DNA of 64,000 nt from an uncultured Microbacterium sp. (lineage in GTDB: Bacteria; Actinomycetota; Actinomycetes; Actinomycetales; Microbacteriaceae): positions 25,382-89,381 of the forward strand of contig CAYOQY010000001.1 of the NCBI GenBank assembly GCA_964406225.1, written 5' to 3'. The position numbers and the translations under genes were made by a program. A model generated the notes under the pieces. The model had not been told where the DNA came from, ran no database searches, and worked only from the letters and a program-made list of their open reading frames with translations. This document shows, piece after piece, positions 50,058 through 59,363 of this stretch; within the stretch, counting starts at the first letter, position 1; each line of letters begins with the position of its first letter.

Positions 50058-50927
50058 TCAGTCTGGGGGAACGCGCGATTGCTCTCTCTTCGTCTCGGAC
50101 GACGGACCAGATTGGTCGCGCCCGGACGCATCGGATGCCCCTGCGGGCGAAAGAGTGGTGGGATCTTCGGACACCCGGTCGGCGTCCCGTTCTTCCTCGA
50201 CGTCGGCACCGGACTCTCCGAGCTCCTCGGCTGCCCCGGCAGAGGAGCGCTCGGCGTCCGCTCCCTCGTCGTGAGCGCCTGCCCCATCCTCGGGGTGGTC
50301 GGCCGCGTCGTCCTCGGCATGATCGCCGTCGTCGACTCGACCCTCGGCCTCATCGTCGAGACGCCCCGCCCAGGACGCATCCTGCTTGTCCGACCACCGG
50401 CGCTCCGCGTTCTCGCGCCGGTCGTCGCCTCGGACGTGATCGATGTCGTCTTCGTCGTCAGGACCGGAGGCCGGCCGGTCGTCCTCTTCGGCAGGACGGA
50501 TGCTGTCGTCGAGGGAGTCATCCGTGCTCTCGGGCTCGACGGCGGGGAGCACCGGCGCAACCACGACAGGCTCGACCGGGTCGGCGACCGGCACCTGAAG
50601 GGCGGGCGAAGGGCTGCGGGGCGCGGCGACGTCCTCCGGCTCCGGCGCCGGCACTGTCTCCGGGATCGTGGACCGCGGGACGAGGACCTCCGCGGGCGGG
50701 GCATCAGAGGAGGGGGGTGCCGACTCAGGGGGGTCCGCTGTCGCAGTCATCGGAACGACGATGCCCGTCGCCGCCACAGCGACGCCCGGCGCGTCGGCGA
50801 GTGCGGTCGAGGTCGTGACGGCGACCGCGCAGATCAGGGCGGCGCTCGCGAACCCGGTGACTGTGCCACCGATCGCCAGACGCGTCCGCCCCTCCACGCG
50901 ATCTCCCTCCAGGAAGGCGCGATCCAT
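50058..50927 (-). CDS. Membrane-anchored/secreted Pro- and Asp/Glu-rich low-complexity protein
   Basis: GGAGG RBS; hydrophobic N-region, then a Pro-rich segment and acidic tail. Confidence 0.65.
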   Translation of the reverse strand: MDRAFLEGDRVEGRTRLAIGGTVTGFASAALICAVAVTTSTALADAPGVAVAATGIVVPMTATADPPESAPPSSDAPPAEVLVPRSTIPETVPAPEPEDVAAPRSPSPALQVPVADPVEPVVVAPVLPAVEPESTDDSLDDSIRPAEEDDRPASGPDDEDDIDHVRGDDRRENAERRWSDKQDASWAGRLDDEAEGRVDDGDHAEDDAADHPEDGAGAHDEGADAERSSAGAAEELGESGADVEEERDADRVSEDPTTLSPAGASDASGRDQSGPSSETKREQSRVPPD

Positions 50928-50996
50928 GCGCCTGATCAATCGTGACAGAAGGTGGCCGGTCGGCGTGGAGGATCCAGATGAGACTCTTCTCATACT

Positions 50997-51029
50997 GGAA
51001 AGGCCGGGATGCGGCATCCCGGCCTTTCC
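50997..51029. terminator. Perfect 16-bp inverted repeat downstream of the PhoH gene
   Basis: GGAAAGGCCGGGATGC-G-GCATCCCGGCCTTTCC. Confidence 0.7.
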
Positions 51030-51053
51030 GTGTGGGGTGGTGTGTCCCGCGGT

Positions 51054-52409
51054 TCAGGCGAGCTCGCCGGCCTCCAGAAGGTCCGTGACGAGCGCGGCGA
51101 TCGCGGAACGCTCGGAGCGGGTGAGGGTGACGTGCCCGAAAAGGCCGTGGCCCTTGAGCGTCTCGATCACCGAGGCGACACCGTCGTGGCGGCCCACGCG
51201 CAGGTTGTCGCGCTGACCGACGTCGTGCGTCAGCACGACGCGCGAGTTCTGCCCCATGCGGCTCAGGACCGTCAGCAGCACGTTCCTCTCGAGCGATTGT
51301 GCCTCGTCGACGATCACGAACGCGTCATGGAGCGATCGCCCACGGATGTGGGTGAGCGGCATGACCTCCAGCAGGCCGCGGGCGATGACCTCTTCGACGA
51401 CGTTGCCGGTCACCACCGAGCCGAGGGTGTCGAAGACGGCCTGCCCCCACGGGTTCATCTTCTCGCCCTGGTCACCGGGAAGGTAGCCCAGTTCCTGCCC
51501 GCCCACCGCGTACAGCGGACGGAAGACGATGACCTTCCGCTGCTGCTGGCGCTCCAGGACCGCCTCGAGACCCGCGCACAGCGCGAGCGCGGACTTGCCG
51601 GTCCCCGCGCGTCCGCCGAGCGAGACGATTCCGACATCGGGGTCGAGCAGCAGGTCGATCGCGATGCGCTGCTCGGCGGATCGCCCGTGCAGTCCGAAGA
51701 CCTCACGATCGCCGCGCACGAGTCGGTACTCCCCGTCGCCGACGACGCGCCCGAGCGCCGAGCCGCGTTCCGAATGGATGATGAGCCCCGTGTTCACCGG
51801 CAGTCCCTTGACCTCGTCGCCCGTGGCGATCTCGGTCTCGTACAGGTCGCTGATGTCGTCGCCCGACACGTCGATCGTCGCGATGCCGGTCCACCCCGAA
51901 TCGACGGCCTGCTCGGCGAGATACTCTTCGGCGACGATGCCGAGGGAGGCCGCCTTCACCCGCATCGGCAGATCCTTCGAGACGACGGACACCTCCTGCC
52001 CGTCCTGCGCCAGGTTCATCGCGACCGCGAGGATGCGCGTGTCGTTGTCGCTCAGGCGCATGCCGGACGGGAGCACCGTCACATCGGTGTTGTTGAGCTC
52101 CACCCGGAGCGTGCCGCCTTCGCCGACCGGGACCGGGAAGTCGAGGCGACCGTGCTCGACGCGCAACTCGTCGAGGTGCCGGAGCGCCTGACGGGCGAAG
52201 TAGCCGATCTCCGGGTCGTGGCGTTTGCCCTCGAGCTCGGTGATCACCACGACGGGGATCACGACGTTGTGCTCGGCGAAGCGGAAGAACGCCCGCGGAT
52301 CGCTCAGCAGCACGGAGGTGTCGAGGACGTACGTCCGAAGATCGGAGGACTGCTCCGCGATCTCGTCGAGGTCCCGGCGGTGCTGCTGCTGTGGTGCTCG
52401 TGTGGTCAC
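51054..52409 (-). CDS. PhoH family protein with N-terminal PIN domain (PhoH2/YlaK type)
   Basis: [30 protein letters not shown]. Confidence 0.95.
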   Translation of the reverse strand: MTTRAPQQQHRRDLDEIAEQSSDLRTYVLDTSVLLSDPRAFFRFAEHNVVIPVVVITELEGKRHDPEIGYFARQALRHLDELRVEHGRLDFPVPVGEGGTLRVELNNTDVTVLPSGMRLSDNDTRILAVAMNLAQDGQEVSVVSKDLPMRVKAASLGIVAEEYLAEQAVDSGWTGIATIDVSGDDISDLYETEIATGDEVKGLPVNTGLIIHSERGSALGRVVGDGEYRLVRGDREVFGLHGRSAEQRIAIDLLLDPDVGIVSLGGRAGTGKSALALCAGLEAVLERQQQRKVIVFRPLYAVGGQELGYLPGDQGEKMNPWGQAVFDTLGSVVTGNVVEEVIARGLLEVMPLTHIRGRSLHDAFVIVDEAQSLERNVLLTVLSRMGQNSRVVLTHDVGQRDNLRVGRHDGVASVIETLKGHGLFGHVTLTRSERSAIAALVTDLLEAGELA

Positions 52410-52603
52410 AACCCACTCCCGACCCGGGTGGGATCACCCGGCAGTCACGAGTCGACCATGGGGTCACGAGTCGCGATCCAGAAGGCCGACCCGACCGGGC
52501 ACCTTGCCCGATGACACGACGCTACGACTGCCGGACGACACGCACGTTACCGACACGCTGAGTCATGTTACGAGCCGGTGAATTCCCGGAGGACGCGCGG
52601 TGA

Positions 52604-53731
52604 TCACCACACCCGCGTCGATGAGAACGCGGCGAGTGCGTCGCCGAAGAGCCGGAGCGTGTCGGCTCCGGTGCCGACATGGGGCGAGACGCGCACCAGA
52701 CCTGCGCGCACCGTGACCGTGATGCCGTGGTTGGCCAGCGAAGCCGCGAGTGGGCCCGCGTCGTGCGCCGCGGGCGCGAGGGTCACGATCCCGCCGCGGC
52801 GCTCGGGCTCGCGCGGGGTGACGACGGGCACCTCGTAGCGGTCGGCGACGAAGATCACATCGCGCGTCCGCTCCGAGAGCTCCGCATCGATCCGGTCGAT
52901 CCCCACATCGCGGACGTCCCGCAGCGCGGTCGCCAGTCGCGCCATCGCGAGCGGGTCCGGGTGGCTCACCCGGAAGGCCTGGGCGGATGCCGAGGGCGGG
53001 GGCACCACGTCGACCGGGAGGTCGCCGTCGATGCCCGCCCACCCCGAAAGCGTCGGCGCGATGCGTTCGAGCGCACGCTCGCTGAAGCGCGCGAAGCCGG
53101 TCCCCCGCCCGGCGCGGAGCCATTTGTAGCCGTTGCCGCACACGACGTCGGCTGCCGCGTAATCGGCATCCACGGCCCCGAATCCCTGCATCGCGTCGAC
53201 GATGAGCAGCCGGTCCCCGATCACGTCGCGCAGCGCGCCCAGATCGGCGCGGTACCCCGTGCGGTAGTCGACGAGGCTCACGGCCAGAGCCCGCGTCTCG
53301 TCGGCGACGGCCGCCGCGACGGCGTCGGGGGTGACGAATCCGTCAGCCGGTTCGAGCCACTGGAGGTCGATCGAGCCGAGGGCGGCGGCGGCGCGCGAGG
53401 CGGTCACCGTAAGGCTCGGGAACTCCGAACGGGAGAGCATGAGCCCGCCCCCGAGTCCGTACAGCGCGTGCATGAGGCCGTAGGTGGTCGACGGCTGAAG
53501 GACCACGTGCTCCACGTCTGCATCGAGAAGCTCCGCGAGCAGTTCGCGCGCCTCGACGACGTGCTCGCCGACCAGGTCGATGGCCGCCCGGCGGCCGGAC
53601 CCGAGGAGCTCGGCGTCCGCGTGGACCTCGGCACGCACCGACGGCGACAGGGGGCCGAACGCGGCCCAGTCCAGGTAGCCCGGTTCTCCGTCGAAGGACG
53701 CCAGGAAGGCGTGCAGGTCCATCACCGTCAC
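52604..53731 (-). CDS. Aminotransferase class V (cysteine desulfurase/lyase-like)
   Basis: GYLDWAAFGP, EFPS, VDAMQG, GYKWL, RVSPH. Confidence 0.9.
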   Translation of the reverse strand: MTVMDLHAFLASFDGEPGYLDWAAFGPLSPSVRAEVHADAELLGSGRRAAIDLVGEHVVEARELLAELLDADVEHVVLQPSTTYGLMHALYGLGGGLMLSRSEFPSLTVTASRAAAALGSIDLQWLEPADGFVTPDAVAAAVADETRALAVSLVDYRTGYRADLGALRDVIGDRLLIVDAMQGFGAVDADYAAADVVCGNGYKWLRAGRGTGFARFSERALERIAPTLSGWAGIDGDLPVDVVPPPSASAQAFRVSHPDPLAMARLATALRDVRDVGIDRIDAELSERTRDVIFVADRYEVPVVTPREPERRGGIVTLAPAAHDAGPLAASLANHGITVTVRAGLVRVSPHVGTGADTLRLFGDALAAFSSTRVW

Positions 53732-53765
53732 ATTCTGGCACGCAGGCGTCGACGAACGACAGAAG

Positions 53766-53780
53766 ATACCCGGGGGGTAT
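53766..53780. promoter_or_regulatory. Possible CsoR-family operator
   Basis: ATACCCGGGGGGTAT, 35 nt upstream of the class V aminotransferase. Confidence 0.4.
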
Positions 53781-53789
53781 GAGCGCCCC

Positions 53790-54569
53790 TCAGCTGCCGT
53801 AACGGCGGTCGCGCGACGCGTAGTCGCGGATGGCCCGAAGGAAGTCGACCTCCCGCAGGTCCGGCCCCAGCGCCTCGACGAAGTAGAACTCCGAGTGCGC
53901 CGACTGCCAGAGGAGGAAGTCGCTCAGACGCTGCTCCCCCGATGTGCGGATCACCAGGTCCGGGTCGGGTTGGCCTCCGGTGTAGAGGTGCTCCCCGATC
54001 TGCTCGGGCGTCAGACTCGCGGCGAGCTCCTCGAGCGAACCGCCGTCTTCGTCGTGCTGGGCGATGATGCTGCGGACGGCGTCCACGATCTCACCCCGGC
54101 CGCCGTAGCCGACGGCGAGGTTGACGTGCAACCCGGTGTGATGCGCGGTCCGCCGCTCGGCGTCGGCGAGGACGCGTGCCAGCTCGGGCGGGAGCAGGTG
54201 GGCGCGCCCCATGTGGTGGACCCGCCAGTCGCGCTCGTGCGAGAGCTCGTCCGCCAGCTCGGCGATGATCTCCAGCAGATCCTCCAGTTCACGGGAGTCG
54301 CGCTTGCGCAGGTTGTCGTTCGAGAGCAGGTACAGCGACACGACCTTGACGCCGACGTCGTCGCACCAGCCGAGGAACTCCCGCATCTTGGCCGCTCCCG
54401 CGCGATGCCCGTGGGCGGCGGAGTCGTAGCCGAGCTGACGGGCCCAGCGCCGGTTGCCGTCGATCATCATCGCGACGTGCCGCGGCACCGCGGAGGGCTC
54501 GATCTCGCGACGGAGCCGGTTGATGTACAGCCGGTAGAGAGGCCCTCTGCCCTCGCGCGCCGCACTCAC
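53790..54569 (-). CDS. cis-isoprenyl diphosphate synthase (UppS family, short-chain type)
   Basis: HVAMMIDGNRRWA, AVGYGGR, PDPDLVIRTSGEQRLSDFLLWQ. Confidence 0.95.
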   Translation of the reverse strand: MSAAREGRGPLYRLYINRLRREIEPSAVPRHVAMMIDGNRRWARQLGYDSAAHGHRAGAAKMREFLGWCDDVGVKVVSLYLLSNDNLRKRDSRELEDLLEIIAELADELSHERDWRVHHMGRAHLLPPELARVLADAERRTAHHTGLHVNLAVGYGGRGEIVDAVRSIIAQHDEDGGSLEELAASLTPEQIGEHLYTGGQPDPDLVIRTSGEQRLSDFLLWQSAHSEFYFVEALGPDLREVDFLRAIRDYASRDRRYGS

Positions 54570-54639
54570 ACGCCTACGCTACCCGTCCGCCCTCCCGCGC
54601 GTGCACCCCGCGGCATGTGGCGGAGCGTAGGCTCTGATC

Positions 54640-55389
54640 GTGGCCCGGAAGACGAGTGCAGACGCGCGATCGGACGAGTTCGCGGACGAAGGCGCGGAGA
54701 TGCCGCAGCTGCCCCTCATGGAGGCGGCCGAGCTCGATGCGACCTCCGACATCCGCCCGACGTGGCGGGGATGGATCCACGCGGCGACGTTCCCGATCGC
54801 GATCGCCGGGGGCATCGTCCTGATCGTGCTCGCCCAGGGGACGGCAGCCAAGTGGGCCTGCGCGGTCTTCATGGCGACATCGCTCCTGCTGTTCGGCAAC
54901 TCCGCGCTGTACCACCGGTTCGACTGGTCGCCGCGCACGCGCGCGATCCTCAAGCGGATCGACCACGCCAACATCCTGCTGCTGATCGCCGGGACCTACA
55001 CACCCATCGCGGTGCTCGCCCTCCCGACGGACAAGGCGATCCTGCTGCTCTCGCTCGTGTGGGGCGGCGCGATCCTCGGCATCCTGTTCCGCGTGTTCTG
55101 GATCGACGCTCCGCGCTGGCTCTACGTCGCGCTGTACCTCGTGCTCGGGTGGGCCGCGGTGATGTACATGTTCGATCTGTTCCAGGCGAACGCGGCGATG
55201 ATGATCCTCGTGATCGTCGGCGGCGTGCTCTACACCGTCGGAGCCGTCGTCTACGCGCTCAAGCGGCCGAATCCCTGGCCCGGGCATTTCGGATTCCACG
55301 AGATCTTCCACGTGTGCACGGTGCTGGCGTTCCTGTGCCACTGGACAGCGTGCCTGCTGATCGCGCTGAATCCGGCGTACCACGGCTGA
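54640..55389 (+). CDS. trhA: Hemolysin III / PAQR membrane protein
   Basis: SALYH, DHANI..LIAGTYTP, GFHEIFH; start may be 54700. Confidence 0.92.
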   Translation: MARKTSADARSDEFADEGAEMPQLPLMEAAELDATSDIRPTWRGWIHAATFPIAIAGGIVLIVLAQGTAAKWACAVFMATSLLLFGNSALYHRFDWSPRTRAILKRIDHANILLLIAGTYTPIAVLALPTDKAILLLSLVWGGAILGILFRVFWIDAPRWLYVALYLVLGWAAVMYMFDLFQANAAMMILVIVGGVLYTVGAVVYALKRPNPWPGHFGFHEIFHVCTVLAFLCHWTACLLIALNPAYHG

Positions 55390-55433
55390 GCCCCGCCGGA
55401 CCGAGGCCTCGCGCCGCAGCGCGGGCCGTGAGG

Positions 55434-55739
55434 TCAGTTTCGCGGCGAGGTGGGACCGTCGGCATCGCCCGGCGTAGACCCGGCGGCCGTGTCGTCGGCC
55501 ACATCGGCGGCCGCGGCCGCGCGCTCCTCGGCATCCAGCTCTTCATTGATGTCGGCGCGCACACGACCGCGACGGATGCGGCGCATCATGTCCCACACGA
55601 GGGCGACGACCGCGAAGGACAGCAGCGCGATCACGACGAAGCCCACCGGGCCCGGGGTCACGAGGACGGGATCCACGGTCTGCTCGGGAATGGGCGTCGT
55701 CGTCGCAGCGTGCCGCAGGGCGGCGAACGCGTCGTACAT
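55434..55739 (-). CDS. Small single-TM hypothetical protein
   Basis: VTPGPVGF..LVWDMMRRIRR; GAGGA RBS. Confidence 0.8.
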   Translation of the reverse strand: MYDAFAALRHAATTTPIPEQTVDPVLVTPGPVGFVVIALLSFAVVALVWDMMRRIRRGRVRADINEELDAEERAAAAADVADDTAAGSTPGDADGPTSPRN

Positions 55740-55826
55740 GGGTGTCCTCGTTCCGCGCGGGAGCGCATAGCCTGGATACTCCAGCCTAATCTTCACCCCG
55801 ACGCACAGACTCTCCGACAGGGCCCG

Positions 55827-56219
55827 ATGACCACTCAGGACATGCTCGACGAGCGGTACGGCCGCACGGTCTCGCCGCGCCGCCGGTGGACGGTGGGGAT
55901 CGCGGTCGTGATCGTCGTCGTGGTCGTCGGACTCTTCGCCTGGATGACGGTCTCGAGCACGGTGGACGACGTCGACGTCGACACGACCGGGTTCGCCGTC
56001 GATGATGCCCGCTCCGTCACGCTGTCGTTCCAGATCACGGCTCCCGCGGGTCGCTCGGTCGCGTGTGCGCTCGAGGCGCAGGACGAAGAGCACGGCGTCG
56101 TCGGCTGGAAGATCGTGGAGTATGAGGCGTCCGAGCTTCGCACGCGTGCCTTCCGGGAGACGATCCCCACCACGGCGGAGGCGACGACAGGTTTGGTCAA
56201 CGACTGCTGGGTGACGTAG
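55827..56219 (+). CDS. DUF4307 family protein
   Basis: LDERYGR, TM helix, C..A....GVVG, terminal CW; upstream of greA. Confidence 0.85.
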   Translation: MTTQDMLDERYGRTVSPRRRWTVGIAVVIVVVVVGLFAWMTVSSTVDDVDVDTTGFAVDDARSVTLSFQITAPAGRSVACALEAQDEEHGVVGWKIVEYEASELRTRAFRETIPTTAEATTGLVNDCWVT

Positions 56220-56240
56220 TCTGACGGCACCGCGAGAAAC

Positions 56241-56268
56241 AGACGCCCTGGCCGGAGCCGGGGCGTTT
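56241..56268 (+). terminator. Hairpin between the DUF4307 gene and greA
   Basis: AGACGCCCTGGC-CGGA-GCCGGGGCGTTT. Confidence 0.55.
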
Positions 56269-56349
56269 GCCATACCGAGCCCGCCAGGGGAGAGCCGGCT
56301 CGGTGCCGCGGCAGACCACGCCCCTCGCCGCAGAACGAAGGAGACACTC

Positions 56350-56841
56350 GTGTCCAACGATGCCCCGGTGACCTTCCTCACCCAGGACGCCTACGACCGC
56401 CTCGCCGCGGAGCTCGAACGCCTGTCGACGACCGGCCGCGAGGAGATCGCGAAGCGCATCGAGGCGGCGCGCGAAGAGGGCGACCTCAAGGAGAACGGCG
56501 GCTATCACGCCGCGAAGGACGAGCAGGGAAAGCAGGAGGCGCGCATCCGCACGCTGCAGCATCTGCTCAAGAACGCGACTGTCAGCGAGGCCCCCGAGAG
56601 CACCGGCGTCGTCGAGCCCGGTACGGTCGTGACCGCCGTGGTCGCGGGCGGCGAGGAGGTCTTCCTGCTCGGCAACCGCGAGATCGCGGCCGACTCGGAG
56701 CTCGACGTCTACAGCGAGGCCTCCCCGCTGGGCGCGGCGATCCTCGGCCTCAAGGAGGGCGAGAAGACGTCGTACACCGCTCCGAACGGGCGCGACATCA
56801 CGGTGGAGATCGTGAAGGTCGAGACCTACTCGGGGCAGTGA
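56350..56841 (+). CDS. greA: Transcription elongation factor GreA
   Basis: AREEGDLKENGGYHAAKDEQ, SPLG. Confidence 0.97.
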   Translation: MSNDAPVTFLTQDAYDRLAAELERLSTTGREEIAKRIEAAREEGDLKENGGYHAAKDEQGKQEARIRTLQHLLKNATVSEAPESTGVVEPGTVVTAVVAGGEEVFLLGNREIAADSELDVYSEASPLGAAILGLKEGEKTSYTAPNGRDITVEIVKVETYSGQ

Positions 56842-56847
56842 TCCCGC

Positions 56848-56869
56848 GCCTCGGGAGCTGTCCCGAGGC
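56848..56869. terminator. Hairpin between convergent greA and ilvA
   Basis: GCCTCGGGA-GCTG-TCCCGAGGC. Confidence 0.55.
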
Positions 56870-56874
56870 CCGGC

Positions 56875-58101
56875 TCAGTCCGGGACGACCGTCGGGTCGA
56901 AGCCCGCACCGCGCAGGATGTCGATCACATGCGCCCGGTGCTCTTCACCGCGGGTCTCCACGCTCAGCTGCAGGATGACCTCGCTGATCTGCAGACCCTG
57001 ACCGTGGCGCGTGTGCATCACCTCGATCACGTTCGCGCCGGCGTGGGCGAGCAGCTCGGAGACGCGGGCGAGCTGGCCGGGACGATCGGGCAGGGGGATG
57101 CGCAGGGTCATGTAGCGACCGGATGCCGCCAGACCGTGCGAGACCACCCGCTGCAGCAGGAGCGGATCGATGTTGCCGCCCGAAAGCACCGACACCGTCG
57201 GACCTGTGCCCATCACCTTGCCGGCGAGGATCGCCGCGACCCCGGCGGCGCCCGCGGGCTCCACGACCTGCTTCGCGCGCTCGAGCAGGACCAGGAGCGC
57301 GCGCGCGATGTCGTCGTCGGTGACCGTGACGACCTCGTCGACGAGCTCGTGGATGATCTGGAACGGCAGGTCCCCCGGCCGCGCGACCGCGATGCCGTCG
57401 GCGATCGTCGGGCGCGTCTCGACCTCGAGCGGACGTCCCGCAGCCAGTGAGGACGGGTAGGCCGCGGAGTTCTCCGCCTGCACGCCGATCACGCGCACGG
57501 TGCGACCCACGGCCGCGGCGCGCGCCTTCACGGCCGCCGCGGCGCCGGCGATCAGTCCCCCGCCGCCGATGCTGAGGAGCACGGTGTCGAGATCGGGTAC
57601 GGCGTCGAACAGCTCGAGCCCGAGCGTCCCCTGGCCGATGATGATGTCGCGGTGGTCGAACGGGTGGATGAGCACCGCACCCGTGCGCTCGGCGAACTCC
57701 GCCGCGAGGCGGAGCGGCGTCTCCACCGTCGCGCCCTCCAGCACCACTTCGGCGCCGTAGCCGCGCGTGGCGAGGAGCTTGGGCACGGGCACACCGAGGG
57801 GCATGAAGATCGTCGCGGGGATGCCGAGCGCCTGCGCCGCGAGCGCGACACCCTGCGCGTGGTTGCCGGCGGAGGCCGCGACGACGCCGCGCGCGCGCTC
57901 TTCGGCCGTCAGCCGCGACAGGCGGTAGGTCGCACCGCGGATCTTGAACGAGCCGGTGCGCTGCAGGTTCTCGAGCTTGAGGTGCACCGGGACGCCCAGC
58001 AGCTCGGTCAGATGCTGCGACCGGTCGACGGGCGTCCGTGTGATGACGCCGTCGAGGGAGGCGGCGGCGTCCTCGAACTCCGCCAGGGTGGGGATGCTCA
58101 C
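56875..58101 (-). CDS. ilvA: Threonine ammonia-lyase with ACT domain
   Basis: KLENLQRTGSFKIRGA, ASAGNHAQG, GGGGL, SGGN, DRPGQL. Confidence 0.96.
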   Translation of the reverse strand: MSIPTLAEFEDAAASLDGVITRTPVDRSQHLTELLGVPVHLKLENLQRTGSFKIRGATYRLSRLTAEERARGVVAASAGNHAQGVALAAQALGIPATIFMPLGVPVPKLLATRGYGAEVVLEGATVETPLRLAAEFAERTGAVLIHPFDHRDIIIGQGTLGLELFDAVPDLDTVLLSIGGGGLIAGAAAAVKARAAAVGRTVRVIGVQAENSAAYPSSLAAGRPLEVETRPTIADGIAVARPGDLPFQIIHELVDEVVTVTDDDIARALLVLLERAKQVVEPAGAAGVAAILAGKVMGTGPTVSVLSGGNIDPLLLQRVVSHGLAASGRYMTLRIPLPDRPGQLARVSELLAHAGANVIEVMHTRHGQGLQISEVILQLSVETRGEEHRAHVIDILRGAGFDPTVVPD

Positions 58102-59288
58102 GGACGCACCTTTCGGGGACGGGGAACCGTGGTCCAGATGTAGTCACCGGGCGGCGCGCTCTCACCGGTCTCCCACGAGCGCTGGCCGATGTAGACGACG
58201 ACGACGTTGACGAACGCCGCGAGCGGCACGGCGAACAGTGCGCCGGGGATGCCGGCGATCATCGCGCCGCCCGCCACCACGAGAACGACCGCCAGGGGGT
58301 GCACCTTCACCGCCGAGCCCATCAGCAGCGGCTGCAGGACGTGGCCTTCGATCTGCTGGACGGCGAGGACGACGATGAGCATCCACAGGGCGATCCACGG
58401 CCCGTTGTAGACGAGGGCGAGGAACACGGCGATCGCACCGGTCACGACGGCGCCGACGATCGGCACGAACGCGCCGAGGAAGACCAGGACCGCGACCGGG
58501 ATCGCGAGCGGCACACCGAGGAGGAACGCTCCGAGCCCGATGCCGACCGCGTCGATCGTCGCGACGAGCAGCTGCGTGCGCGCGTAGTTGACGACCATGA
58601 CCCAGCCCGACCGCGCGGCACCGTCGACGGCGGGCCGGGCGCTCACGGGGAACAGGCGGGTCGTCCACCGCCAGATGCCGCCGCCGTCGGCGAGGAGGGT
58701 CAGAAGGATGAACAGCGCCAGGAGCGCGCCGACCACGACGTGCCCGAGAGTGGAGCCGAGCGCGAGGGCGCCGGACCACAGCAGCTGCGCCTGCTGTTGC
58801 AGCAGCGCACCGGCCTGCGCGAGCAGGTCGTCGATCTGCGCGGCGGTGAGGTGCAGGGGGCCGTCGATCAGGTAGTCACGGAACTGGTCGATCGCCGCGA
58901 TCGTGCGCTCCTGCACGGACGCCCACTGACGACTCACCTGCCAGATCACGAGCCAGAGCAGCGCCGCGACCACCGCGAGCGTGCCGAGGACCGCGATGAC
59001 GATCGCGAGCCAGCGGGGCACCCGGTGGCGCAGCATCCAACTGAAGGCGGGCCAGAGCAGCGCGGTCACCAGGATCGCGACCAGCAGGGGGATCACGAGC
59101 AGCTTGAGCTGGATGATGAGCCAGATGGCGACGCCGATCGCCGCAGCCACGACGAGGAAGCGCCACGAGTAGGCGGTTGCGACCTTCAGCCCGCGCGGGA
59201 TCGTGCCCGAGACTTCGGTCGAGACGACGCGCGTGCGATCGCGCAACGCGTCGAAGACGGAGCCGCGCGGCTTGTCTTCGGGGCTCAT
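58098..59288 (-). CDS. AI-2E family transporter
   Basis: FVPIVG, QQIEGHVLQP, VHPL, GALFAVP. Confidence 0.93.
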   Translation of the reverse strand: MSPEDKPRGSVFDALRDRTRVVSTEVSGTIPRGLKVATAYSWRFLVVAAAIGVAIWLIIQLKLLVIPLLVAILVTALLWPAFSWMLRHRVPRWLAIVIAVLGTLAVVAALLWLVIWQVSRQWASVQERTIAAIDQFRDYLIDGPLHLTAAQIDDLLAQAGALLQQQAQLLWSGALALGSTLGHVVVGALLALFILLTLLADGGGIWRWTTRLFPVSARPAVDGAARSGWVMVVNYARTQLLVATIDAVGIGLGAFLLGVPLAIPVAVLVFLGAFVPIVGAVVTGAIAVFLALVYNGPWIALWMLIVVLAVQQIEGHVLQPLLMGSAVKVHPLAVVLVVAGGAMIAGIPGALFAVPLAAFVNVVVVYIGQRSWETGESAPPGDYIWTTVPRPRKVRP

Positions 59289-59334
59289 CCCCTCAGTTTA
59301 GAGTCGAGCCGGGTCAATGCCGGTGTCGGGATGG

Positions 59335-59356
59335 TGTCGGGGGGCCTGCGTAGGCT
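59335..59356 (+). promoter_or_regulatory. PafBC/RecA-NDp-type promoter
   Basis: TGTCGG-N10-TAGGCT, 7 nt before GTG 59364. Confidence 0.7.
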
Positions 59357-59363
59357 TGCCGCC

